Assembly (NCBI GenBank): GCA_002633005.1
Contig: NMRA01000004.1
Span: 997,793-1,061,792 of the forward strand
Source of the DNA: Phoronis australis
Taxonomy: Eukaryota > Animalia > Phoronida
Direction: 5' to 3'
Length of the DNA: 64,000 bases
Shown here one piece after another: positions 25,487-37,619 of the stretch (within the stretch, counting starts at the first letter, position 1; the number at the start of each line of letters is the position of its first letter). A program made the position numbers and the translations under genes. Below the pieces are notes generated by a model, which was given only the letters and a program-made list of their open reading frames with translations, had not been told where the DNA came from and ran no database searches.

Positions 25487-28400
25487 ATGAATAAATTAGC
25501 CGGTCGACCCGGATGTACCTGCGAAGACATGAATCAAGTGCGGCCAGTGTAAAATGAAAAGCACGTGATTAGACCCGGGCATATTTTTGGAATTCGAATA
25601 AGCAATTCTAAGAACTTTGTAGGTACAACACATTTTCCTTTTAAGGCGAAATTTATTACATCTCATTTGGAATAAATGGTCATTACAAGATGCGCAGCCA
25701 TTTCATAAAGGACAGGGTTGCCGATGTAGTCAGTACTGATGGATTGATACTACCGATACACGTTCTAGCGGAGAGCAAACAGGTAAGATCTCCAAGAAGT
25801 CTATCGCATACAACAATATTCGTCAAAATGCCCTTTTCAGCCGTAAAAGCGATAATGTTCCTTTGACATGGAAACATATTCCCCTAAGAGCTCCTCGATC
25901 GTCGACGCAGTACTGTCGACTACGAAAACTAAAAATGATTTATCGAAATTAAGCTCCCCATAATGAAACTCATAATCAAAATAAAAAACATCCGCTTGAA
26001 TGTACTTGTGGATGAGAGTACGAGAGTTGTACGTGCAGTAATTTTACTGAAACCTTCCTTTTAACGATTTTGAGTGGTTTTAAATTGTCTAGAATTGAAA
26101 CTAGACATGATTTTAGGAGTTTTCACAGTTGTAGCTTTTCCGCAAACATGTCGAGGTCATTGGCGTTTAATTTGCAACATTTCACTCTTTTCTGGGGCCA
26201 CTGATTATTTTTTCCGCGAGTATTGCTAAAATCATGCAAGAGCACACGTATTTGAGGATTTTTACCGGGTCTAAAATCACAATTCGTTTCGATGCGTAAC
26301 GCATAAATGATGTTTAATTTGAATTTGAACCGTCTTATTTGCCAACTCTAAGTTCATCGTGTCACAACAAAAACACGTTTCAGAAGTGAGTTTTGTTTCA
26401 AAACAGCAATCAGAAGATGAGTCGTCTGTAGTAGCGTTCAACTATGCCAAATGCATTATACACTATTCGAACAATTACGCGAGTGTACTTCCTTCAAAGA
26501 ATTTTCAAAACCGCAATCTGTCATCCTTAACGAGTCGGTCACTGTACTATCAACACTGTCAAGTTGCCTCTTCTGCTTGAAATCGGCGTCGTCGCTAAAG
26601 ATTTTGTCTTTTTGGTGACGTTTTACGCGTTTCGACTTATTTAGTAGCTTTTTAGGACATTGGCACCTTCCGCAAATTGCTCAAAATCGTCACGCAATCA
26701 AGGGCTTTTCATAGAGGACAAATTAAAGTCGTTTTAAGAAATTGGTTTGTTTGAACAATAGAATATTTAAAGCGGGAAGGTTGTGATCGAAAACACGCGA
26801 TAAGACATCTGTGTGTTCCAGAGTTCTGGGCACTGGAATTCAGTGTTTATATCTGTTTGTAAACGCATGGCGTCTTTTAAGAATGATATTTGTATCTCAC
26901 TTCGGGTACAACATGCAAAACCTCTATACCTGCATCTTACGCTTCACCACACCCGGGTAAAGACCGCAACAGCATTTCGGTGGAGCGCGCACAGCATAAA
27001 TAACAAAAGTACATCGCGAATGGTGAAAAGAGATTAATTATTTTACGCTGATGGAAAGGGGAGTCAAAACGACATAAAAGCTGGAATAAATAGAGCAAAT
27101 ATCTTCAAAGAGAGCTGAACCCATGTACAACATTATACTTTTAACTTTATCATAATCGGAAGTTTTCTATGTAACCGCTAACGTGCTTATTGAACGGTAC
27201 GAACGTCCATGTGACATGTATGCAACAGGCCAAACAAATCAGAAGCACAGGCCGTTTCGCATGATAACTCGGAAGTAGGCGATGTATAGACGCTGGCCTT
27301 GTTAAACAAAAGTAAACCGTTAAATATTTGAAAATATTTGGTAAACATTAATATCTTAGTTTACTATAAGGCCGATGCAAAAGCGTCGAGAACAGAGGAT
27401 AAAAAACAGTGCTAGACGGGATTGTCTGCACTAACTTGGCCAAGCTTTGACCTGCGCGGAACGTGTTTACTAAGTTGTAGAACAGCTTATACTCGTTCTC
27501 CCCTCGACCAAATTCGGCGATCTGGGTTTCAACATTGGCTCTATGTCAACGATAAATATGACTCAAATAAGAAAAGTTAAGAAAATTTTTAACGAAAAAG
27601 GAGGAAAAGCATATTCCGTCAATCCGTTTGAGGTCTACGGTCAGTAACAGAAATACCTGTACATTGAGGAAGAAGGGCGGTTAGAAAGAACACACCTAAT
27701 AAACGGGTTATTGTGAAAAAATGAGGACCGGCTAGTACAGCGTTTCACAGAGGGTTTAGGCACGGAATGGTCAGGATTGGTTTCCTTTTAGCATATACAT
27801 GTATGCGGGAAAAGAACATCGTCCAGTGGTCGATTATATGGTCCACATGTGCAATTTACGAGAGGACATTTCTCCCAATGGGCATTGCCCTCGTTGTTGC
27901 GATTGAGCAACCCACAGACGGGCACTGGCCGCTAATTGTTGCGGGATGTGCAAATTGCCCTACAGTCGCAATAAAATCGATTTGTCCAATGGACGTAGTC
28001 TGACATTTAGGTCTCGAAAAATCCCCAAAATCACGAATTCGTCCACAACCGGAATTCCTTTTTGATTTCCAGTCATTACTAGATTGTATTTTTGTCATTT
28101 CCATCCTGATCACATGTTCATGTACATAATGTTCACGGTAAAAACTGATTATTAACGGGCTCGCTCAGGCTGCAGTTTTCACTCGATGATTGTTTAAGAC
28201 ACCGCGAAATCATATTCCCGTTTACCACCCACGGCAGCACAGACGTGGCGGGAGGAAATTGATTTTTTGAAATTCAAAACGTTTATCTCATAAAAAATGC
28301 TTATTTAGTTAGAGTATACGTGTATGTTGTTTATATACCATACACAAATCTACATGTAAACCTCACTAAAAACTCGTAGTGGCAAATCTTTAAAAGGGAC

Positions 28401-28994
28401 AGTGCATTTGTACAATAGTGACGGATTACTGTAAACTTTAAAAGTGTGGATAAGATTGTGAAATTCGCAGGGTATAGGTATGACAATTGTTATACGGAAT
28501 TTATTCTACCATGTTCAAAAGTACTGAAACCATCTGTCACAAATTCCAAAACAACACGGATGCTTTGTGGTTGGATTTCTATAAACTATCATGACCCGAG
28601 ATAACGCTGACCTCCTGCATTTAGAGAACGAACCAATTCCTACTCGCTAGCTTTGGCTACCTTAATTAAAATTAAAATTGAATTCCACTTGGACTTTGTT
28701 AATGACTTCGATCGAATTCGGTGTGGTTCGCCTACAATTTTGCAAGTTTGTCAAACATTTGTCTTGTTACTTACTCCCCTGTCTACTGTGGTGATCAATA
28801 TGTCGCATTGAATATTTAGAAGCCCTACGTGTATGACCTTCGACAACTCCATGTCAGTCTCCTTATACAATTCACCTCTCTACCTATCGGATAAAAGATA
28901 GGAGATTGCCCTCTCGGGAGTAACGCTTCTGTGCAGAGGAAGTGAGACAAAATCGACATCTTGTTAAATAGCCTACTATTGCTGAAGTTATACC

Positions 28995-29155
28995 CTGTAG
29001 CGGATTTAGGGGGGCAAGGGGACCGTGGTTACCCCTAAAATTCTCCCAGATTCCATTTGACAGTTCGGGGTGGGAATGTCTGAAGGGCAAAATGCTGAAT
29101 AATACCCTCCACTGCCCCCCCCCCCTTTTAACTCAATTTCCTGGATCTGCCCTTG
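28995..29155. mobile_element. GC-rich MITE, same group
   Basis: CTGTAGCGGATTTAGG ... CTGGATCTGCCCTTG; flanks ATACC/ATCCC. Confidence 0.55.
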
Positions 29156-30264
29156 ATCCCAACTGTGGGGATTACTAATTTCGCTACCAAATGTATGTTT
29201 GTGTATTTGAGCTGTTTAAATGACGTTAACGGCGCCAATGTTGTGTATTTGAGACCAACCTCAGGACCGACTCGAACCAACGATCTCGGCGGTCGCAGTC
29301 GCACTTGTCTGATAACAAAAGTTTCTCATTCGCATACAACGCACATTTATAAGAAATAAAGTCACTTAGCATTGACAAGCAGTGATGCAAAGTAAGATGT
29401 CACTAATTGCCTGAAAGAAATATCACACTCATTTACTTTCAGTGATTCGTCTGCATTAAAGTACGGTATATTAAGTAAAATGTTTTAATTTTTCAAAATA
29501 TGAACCAATAACATATCACTTATTTATTATATACTTTTCAGAGTCATGTTGATTTCATGCATTCAGTAGACGCACAAACAACTGTGAACTGTGTTCCAGT
29601 AGGCTTTAAACATTTGAAGTCATTGCGCAAGCAACTCTTACACGGACGTCCACCGACAACATTTGCAGTGTACTTGTACATGTACTTTAACCCTAAACTA
29701 CAAGATTAAAGACGTACAGGGATGTGTACGCCAAGGAGTGTGTTGATCATAACATTCTTTTTCTTCTAGGAACACGTTTTGGGTATATACTTTTAGCTTC
29801 ATTGAACTTTCAAAACTTGTTTTTCCTATTATTGTAATTTACGGCCAATCAAGTGTCAACATTGAACGGTTGATGTTTGACAACTAATTGTACTCACAAA
29901 TAAAACATTAATATCAAATTCAGCGCGATAACGAAGTGATTGGCATGTTTTGAGACTTCAGGCTTGCTGCACTGGGAGAAACCATCGTGAATTTCAAAAA
30001 TGGTGAATCTTTTTTAAATACAGACTCTACAACTAGCGATCTATGCAATATTTCTAACCAGTATGGCAGTGTTTGCTACAATGTCCATAAGAGAAGACGT
30101 CAAGTGTCATAACAACGCTAAAATCTTTGTGACAAAATAATGCCCTGTAACCCTCATCAAAAAATTCAAGACAAGTTTGACAAGAGCAACGCGGAACGTT
30201 GAAATGCGCCCAGGAATGCATCGCAAATGGTGAGCTTTTAGGGTTATTTATTTGTATCATAAAA

Positions 30265-30282
30265 TGGCCACTAGATGGCGCA
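30265..30282 (+). promoter_or_regulatory. CTCF-like motif
   Basis: TGGCCACTAGATGGCGCA; a second one, ACCACTAGGAGGCGCCA, at 30512-30528; motif match only, possibly repeat-borne. Confidence 0.35.
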
Positions 30283-33199
30283 AAAACAACACTCCATCCA
30301 AAAACGGGATCATGCCATATTTCATAAAAACGTTTCAGAGAAACAAAGGAAAACAGAACAAAATGAAATTGCCACTTGTGGGCACGGTGTTCATTTGATC
30401 CGCCTGGCAGTCATTGTTTTTTATCTTCACATAAATTCACTTACTAAATTTAACAAAGATCCTGCTGTAGGTTTTGGAGATACAGTTATGGTCGAAAAAC
30501 AAAACAAAACTACCACTAGGAGGCGCCACAGTAGTCAGTCGCCATCATCAAACGTCTTCTTCACACTGAAAACATATAGGCCAATTTTCAAAACCATCCC
30601 CAGAATAATTTGGTTGATCGAGGGCTGGACGCCAAAAACAAAGCTTAACATTTTCGAGCGGTTTGGTTGAGCATGCGTGCTCCGAGCCTAAAATAGAGGG
30701 TGGGGTTCCCAATTTTTCGTATGTGGACCTTTTACTAAAAAATTTTAGGTTCAGACCTATGAATTGTGCATTCGCGCCGAATTCATGTGGACTTTTGTCT
30801 CGTTTTCTGGGAATTTTTGTTTATCTGAGGCGGACAGTTTTGCTCATTTCGCCAAATGGGGGGCTCGTTCGAATTTTCGTCAAATTCGTTAGCGTCAATA
30901 TATTACGGTTTACACTTAGATGTAATATGTTACTGTTTTTAATACATTCTTTTCCTTTTTGTTAAATGAATTATTTTAATAGTAGATTTCTCGGGCAAAA
31001 AGGCTTTAAAAGAAAATCCGAGAATAGCTTTTGTAGCTATCAGAGTCAAGAAACAAACTCACGTTTGTGGAAAACGAGGCGATCTGGGCAAAACTTCACA
31101 ATCTTACAAAGCGTAGTGATATGATTAAGATGTTGCGATTTGTCTGTCATGCTAAATATCGTAATTCAATTGGATGAAGTGTGAAAGGTCGAACTGATGT
31201 TTTTCGAATTTTCACCAAAAAAATAAACATCCCTTAGAGCGGTGCGAGGTCTTGCAAACAAAAATATACCAAAGATCGCTTGTGTAAACGAATCAAGACA
31301 AAACAAAATAATCTCCTAGTTTTACGGTCCAGCATGTCTCCTATAATTCCAAGCGTGGACACCAATGAAATAGGCTGATTGATAATTTCAAACGCGTTCT
31401 AAAAATTTATTTGTCGTGATAATATCCTTTGCTTCCGACATCGTGCACGTGCAATGATGGAAGACTACATACATCGACTTGAAATAGTTACGCACAAAGG
31501 AAACCCAGTGGCTACCTGACACGTGTCAGCGTATTATGAAGCCGCCAGGTACCAGGATTTGGTGTTAAAAATATCAGAATTCTCTTGTTCTAAAAGTAGG
31601 TCATCACGCTCTTATCGCTTTAATAAATCTAAATTGGGTACAATAAACTGCCTGGATTTTCTCTGAGGGCCATAGTAACCCACGGTGAAAAGCAAATTAA
31701 TCTGCCTGCTCCGAAGCAGTATCGTCCTGTAGGTACTTATCAAGTCTAGAAAATCATTTCCAAACTCAATGGGAACAGAATGAGACCCATTTTATAACAA
31801 TAAGTGGCCTATGCCAAACCTTGAATTTTCCCATAAGGCGCCGGCTAATTTCCCCCTTTACAGAAAGACAGATGCATTTCGACTGCAACAATGTGAAATC
31901 GTAAATGTTTTTATTCAGGAGTCAGTGAAGCAAAATAAATTAACATTGTATATCTTCATTAACTATTAATTTTGTTTGAAGTCTGATCTTGTGAAACTTT
32001 TTAAAAAGTCAAACACAACGTTATCTTTAAAAAAAACACTTGTTTTGACTCAAAGTGTTGTATTCTTTTTAAGACGGAGAGGTTGTGCAGTTTATTTTAA
32101 ATGAAATATCCTTTAAACAAAGTGTAGTCCACGTGTCTCTAGAAGCTTGTGCTGCACAAAGTTCGTCCACTTCCGTGTGACGTTATCGTGTACATTGCTA
32201 TAGAAATATGTACACCATTACGCCGTGCAGAAAATGACAAATTGTATCGAAAGAGCGTGGTTTGCTTTTACGGCTCAATTCGTTACCTAAAACCTGATTT
32301 CTTGCTGTGAGATCTGCACTTTCGATTTGACCTAGGTAACGCTGCAAAGGGACTTCACAAATAATTTGGTCGAAATTCTTAAAAGTACATCATCGATTAA
32401 AATGTTGTGAATTTGAGAACAGACACAAGAAGGATTTAAACCCAAGACCTCAGCGGCCGCAATACGGCGACGTTTCTGAGTATTTAAGTAGCCCAGAATT
32501 TTAAGCTTATTTGAAGTGACATTATCGGCGACCGTCGGATCTGTTCTTGAGTTAAACCGCAATGAGACGGATAAGAACACACGAACTCACGCTCGCAGAT
32601 AGACACTTTGATAGTTAAGAGCTAAAAAAGTCACGTGACGAGAAGCTGAGTATTTTAAGCGTTTTTAAATTAAGTTCACCTGCCTCGATTTCGCTTAATT
32701 CTACGAATTACTGGATGACAAATTTGGGAATCGGTTATTCTTTTTATTTTAAAAACAAAAAGAATTTTGCTGTTTTATATTTGTGGTAAAAGCTACTATC
32801 TTTAAAAATTCTATGTTAATCGCCCGTGTCCGTTTAACTAGTGATAAGGTACATGTAAGTGGTCTTATTCTACCGAATAGTTTAAAGGTAGCGTCGGGAA
32901 TCGACGATCTCAAAAATGCCACAAAAACGGAACGGGTTTTGTTTGTTCAAGTTATGGTCAAACCTAAGAAGTCCCAACAGGATTGCCGTGTAATTGAAAA
33001 GCAATAAAGGTGTTGTTGTCCTGTATGCCGGATTTCTCTCCCGTTGAATTTATAACTAAGTCGTTCTTTATGATATGGGGACGTCTCATCAGACCTGGTA
33101 GCTTCACTACTTATTTGAGCTGAACATTTTCTGTTCGTAATATTGCTCTTCGCAACGATTGCATAAAGAATTGTCAAGCACGCCCTAGGTATGTGTAGA

Positions 33200-33280
33200 A
33201 AATTTCCGTCTCCGGCGAGGCTAGAACCCGGGTTGCACGAGCGACAGTCAAGCGTCTAAACCATTCGCCCAAGAGCCAAT
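33200..33280 (-). repeat. tRNA-derived SINE-like head
   Basis: Minus strand GGCGAATGGTTTAGACGC (A-box-like) ... GGGTTCTAGCC (B-box-like), no full cloverleaf; similar B-box fragments near 41520-41585 and 61700-61770. Confidence 0.4.
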
Positions 33281-33831
33281 TGCCGCTTAGCAAGCGGCTT
33301 AGAGAGGCTTCACATGACTGTACGTGTCGTCACAACCGGAAGTCACGCTTCACAAAGTCACGCTTCACAACATATGTATAGATCGACCCTACACTGCAGA
33401 AAGGACAGTCGGGTTGCCTGGAGCATAAAGGTGTTCTAAAAGAGGTTTTCGGTAATGCAAACGCAAGGAAGTCGGACTTACCTATTGTGTGGTTAGATTT
33501 AAAGAATACTTACGGTTTCATGACACATTAATTGATTAGGAAGGTGACTACGCCTTATCATGTTCTAGAAGGAGTCCAGTAGGTCATCAGCAACTATTTC
33601 AACAGCAAATTGATGCGATTTTCTACAAATGAGTTCACAATGAGTTCTTGGCAAAAGGAAACATAAACCAGCACCAGATTCAATCAATGGGTGAGACGTC
33701 ATGGAAATATCGGGGTAAGGTGTACGTCAGCAGCCAAAGAGACATCACGAACGTGAGGGACACAGCTCAGGGAGAGTCTGAGTAAGATCGGCGGAGGCAA
33801 TTTGCCAGGGAATATCAAGTTGTGGTGTTAA

Positions 33832-34936
33832 AGGCGAAGGCAACCTTTTTCCATGTCATTTTGAGCTAAAATAAGGTTGGTTGGTTATCCTAGACATATT
33901 TTCCACTTAATTACAGCTTTTCGTAATTTTATTAATTACTCGTCCGCTACTGCGGAAGTGACGTTTTAGGAGGCAAGCATTTCGCGCCAATTTCTTTTCA
34001 TATAGTCTGACTGTGAGAGCTGCCGAGTCAGTCATTGTTCTACCTCGGTTGTGTTAAGTTCCGTCGTCGTTTGCTTTCATTTACTAGTCAGTCAACATGC
34101 CACACTGTTGCTGCGTACCGGAATGTACTANGGGCCTTTAATCACTCCCACTACTCAATATCGCTGCAGGGCTGCTTAGAGGCTCTGGGCTGGAGAAAAC
34201 AGCACAGGGCGAATCACTACTGGTTTCAGGAATTGCACGCTCTGGGGTACGTTCGGAGGCACAGGTGACAGTAGATGAAGTGCCTCAACTGGCTCCAGTC
34301 ACTTTACTGGCCACAGCTCGCGAGGCTTCTCGCTTCAAAAAAGCACTTCTCGGGGGTGGCGACGGGGCACTGCCGGGAATCAACACAGACGGAATGGCAT
34401 CCTTCTTCAGGCGTTGTTTCGCAGGGACCTTCGTCAGTTCAGCGTACAAATCCCTTTCGTAAGCGGAGGGCAAAAAGTGCTTGCCACACACACGGTAATT
34501 CGCCACTGCTTTGTACATGTACGTTACGTGGACGGGTAACGCTGCCTTCTGCACACGAACGAGCCAAGTACGGCGAAGTCTGTCATCCATCGGAAAGCGA
34601 TGCAAAGGTACTCCCAAAGCGCGCGTGAGTCGATAATTAGTACAGTCCGGTACGCAGCAACAGTGTGGCATCTTGACTGACTAGTAAATGAAAGCAAACG
34701 ACGACGGAACTTAACACAACCGAGGTAGAACAATGACTGACTCGGCAGCTCTCACAGTCAGACTATATGAAAAGAAATTGGCGCGAAATGCTTGCCTCCT
34801 AAAACGTCACTTCCGCAGTAGCGGACGAGTAATTAATAAAATTACGAAAAGCTGTAATTAAGTTGAAAATATGTCTAGGATAACCAACCAACCTTATTTT
34901 AGCTCAAAATGACATGGAAAAAGGTTGCCTTCGCCT
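33832..34936 (-). mobile_element. Kolobok-like non-autonomous DNA transposon carrying a THAP ORF (copy 1)
   Basis: TTAA on both sides (33828-33831, 34937-34940), AGG...CCT termini, ~299-bp near-perfect TIRs (33832-34130 / 34638-34936). TTAA + RR..YY termini + THAP fit the Kolobok superfamily. Confidence 0.8.
34285..34671 (-). CDS. THAP-domain ORF of the transposon (truncated transposase/accessory protein)
   Basis: MPHCCCVPDC...LHRFP...W...RVCGKHF...RLKKDAIPS: C2CH zinc finger, conserved P/W/F and AVPTIF-like box. Confidence 0.8.
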   Translation of the reverse strand: MPHCCCVPDCTNYRLTRALGVPLHRFPMDDRLRRTWLVRVQKAALPVHVTYMYKAVANYRVCGKHFLPSAYERDLYAELTKVPAKQRLKKDAIPSVLIPGSAPSPPPRSAFLKREASRAVASKVTGAS

Positions 34937-37462
34937 TTAACAATTCGGTTTACTGCTCACGATCTCAAGGACGTTATCGGTTTACCGCATTCCGATCTCA
35001 AAAGTCAAGCTTATGGAGCGGGAGGCAAACCAGCTTATTAGGAAGTGGTTGGGGGTGCCAGTGCGTTTTACGTCGGTTGAATTATATACTAGGACGGCCG
35101 CAGTATCCCTTTCACTAGGATCTCTGGTTGAAGACTTCAAGGTGTCAAAATCAAGGAAAGTTCCCACAATCCGAGATTAGTCAGCTTATCAAAGATTCGA
35201 GTATTAGCAGGCTGAAACAGGAATCCTCAAGTGGTAGTGAATTAACAAAGCAGAGAGCCGCCTCCGCAGTCTGTTGTGGTCGACAAGGTCTGGATTTTGT
35301 ACCATCCACTATATGGAAGGCAACAAAGGGGACGGAAAGCGAGATATAGTACCCAATGAGATTCGTGAGGCGAAAGAAGAGAAGTGCGTCGCTCGAGCAG
35401 TTGGTATGAAGAAACAAGGCGAATGGACCACCTGTGAAGGAGTACTACTCAGGGAGAATCATTGCAACGGACCTTCTCCACATGGGAGCAGCACACGCAG
35501 AGATTTTTATTGTGCTCAGTGTATGACACCTCACCAACTAGGAGCAACGTAAAGTTACGGAAGTAGGGAGACGACGACAGATGTAGCCGTTGTGGCAAAG
35601 TGGAGTACCTAGGACCTGTCCTTCCACTTGCATGGTGGCCTGGGCAGAGGGGAAGTACACTTGACGGCACAACAAGGTCCTCAAGGAATTGTGCACGCAC
35701 TAGACCTGGAGAGAAGAAACATGATGAAGGTAGTGAAGAAGTTTATCTATTTTACGTCAGCTGGCTGCAAGATGGGTATCAGTGACGCTGGAGGAATCTT
35801 GTCTATGGCGAATTATTGGTGCATCGAGGCAGATCTGGGGAAACAAAGCAGATTACCTGCCCATATAGCTTCAACAATTTTATAAGACTTGACATTATTT
35901 TGTGGTCAGACACAGCGCAGGTGGTAGTCTTGGTGGAATTAACTGTGCCGTGGGATACTAGGAAACAGGAAGTTCAGGAGAAGAAAGCTTTGAAGTACAA
36001 CGACCTGAGACATGCGTGTTCTAGAAGTTTACCGGTTGAGATAGGGGCCTGAGGTTTTGTGACATCAATCTTGTGGAGGGTGTCAAGGATGCTGGGAATT
36101 TCAACTAAATCTAATGAGGTTTATGATGAAGTCAGTAGCAGCCGCAGCGGAGTCAGCATCAACATGGTTGCGGTTGCAGAAGATCAAACAGTGTCAAGAT
36201 CAAACAGTGTCAAGCCGGAGCCTGATCAACCAGTGGCGCCTAACGTTGGAGTGTGTTCAAGTTAAAGGTTGAAACTTGATGTGAAGACGTCATTTTGGCG
36301 ATCATTGGGCCGAGAAGCAGAGTAACATCATATGTTTAAAGTAAGTTTTAAAATTTTATGCGAAGGGATTGCATGACCAGGTTGAGAAAATTGCTAGTTA
36401 GCGATTTTAAATTATTTTGTTTTATTTTATTAGACTAGGACAGCCTCTAGGTGGAGCTCCTGTTGTTAAAGGCTACGATGGCGTTAGTGGTACAGTAGGA
36501 CCATTTAAAGTCCTGCTCTCAAACTGCCCATGTGGTTCCAATATCCGAAAATACTACATAAATTCTTATTTTCGACACCCTTTCTTTATATTCCTTTCGT
36601 CTTTCTTGCCAAAAGCGATTTTTAACAATATTTGACCCTTCTCTGTGAGCGTATAATTACCGGCTGTCATCGGTTATTTCCGTACCCACATTTCTGGCTC
36701 ATCAGTTCAGGAACTTTTCCTGAACGCCGCCATTTTTCCTTGTAACTATGGCTTGCTCGAAAAGACTTCATAATTTTGTTTTATTAGTACTATCTCGTGA
36801 TTCGTTTGCATATGTAGTGTATTTATAGTTATAGTTAGTAGTCGTTGATTTTTTTTTGGAATGTTAGGAACCAATATGAGTCGAACCAATTTCTTTTCGG
36901 TTTTACTTTTCTTCTCGTTTTGAAAAAGTACTTCGCTATCATCGGAAAGGTAGTACATTCTACTCAGTAAAAATCGAAAAAGTATCAAAATCGGGGCAAG
37001 CAGTGTAAAGTTATTGCAAGTTTTGTGGCGAAATTTGGGTCACTTTGTTTGGATCGCGTCGGCCATATTGGAGGACAGCGGGATAAGTTACGAGTTTAAA
37101 ACTTTGTGTAAATTGTTTTCGCCAACAAATTACGGTGAAATTTAGTTAGACATATCTTTACTTACTATTCTGCACGATTTAACAGTGTTCACCAAATTTC
37201 AGCCTCGCAGTTGTTACTCATTAAGTGATAAATGTGCTCACAATTCCCGTTGGACTTCGTCTCATTTCTGGCGGCACCGACAACATGGCGACTTTTGCTG
37301 AACTGAAAGGCATGTTCAATCGGCTACTTTGTAATTTGTGAAGATTAAACGTTGATACATTTTGACAAACGTTGCTACAAAAAAGAAACTTTGTTCAATT
37401 TTCGTGTTTTTTGTGTTTGTGGCCAGCGACCAGTTAGGCCTAAGGGTAGTCTTGGCGCAAAG

Positions 37463-37619
37463 CTGGCGTGCGTTCAGTAGACGCTAGGACCTACGCTAGG
37501 ACCTTGCAAAATCCTAGTCAAAGTCACATGTTCTCATTTAAAATACACGGCAATATCTCACGTAATCTCGCGAAGTCTTGCTTCTTAGCGAGGTCCTAGC
37601 GCTACTGAACGGGAGGCTG
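37463..37619 (-). mobile_element. MITE family A copy (inverted)
   Basis: Reverse complement aligns with 6505-6651. Confidence 0.8.

Larger units (their letters stand above)
33408..36290 (+). mobile_element. Decayed RLE-type non-LTR retrotransposon (Hero-like), interrupted by Kolobok-like copy 1
   Basis: Fragments SGCLEH...IVWLDLKNTYG (RT), IRKWLGVP...SLVEDFKV, QGEWT, SVYDTSP...CSRCG (zinc knuckle), and IRLDIILWS...VELTVPW...KKALKYNDL...PVEIGA (PD-D/ExK endonuclease); many stops and frameshifts; ends approximate. Confidence 0.75.

Noticed and set aside
33200-33280. tRNA gene
   Set aside because: A/B-box-like motifs only, no convincing cloverleaf; treated as a SINE head.
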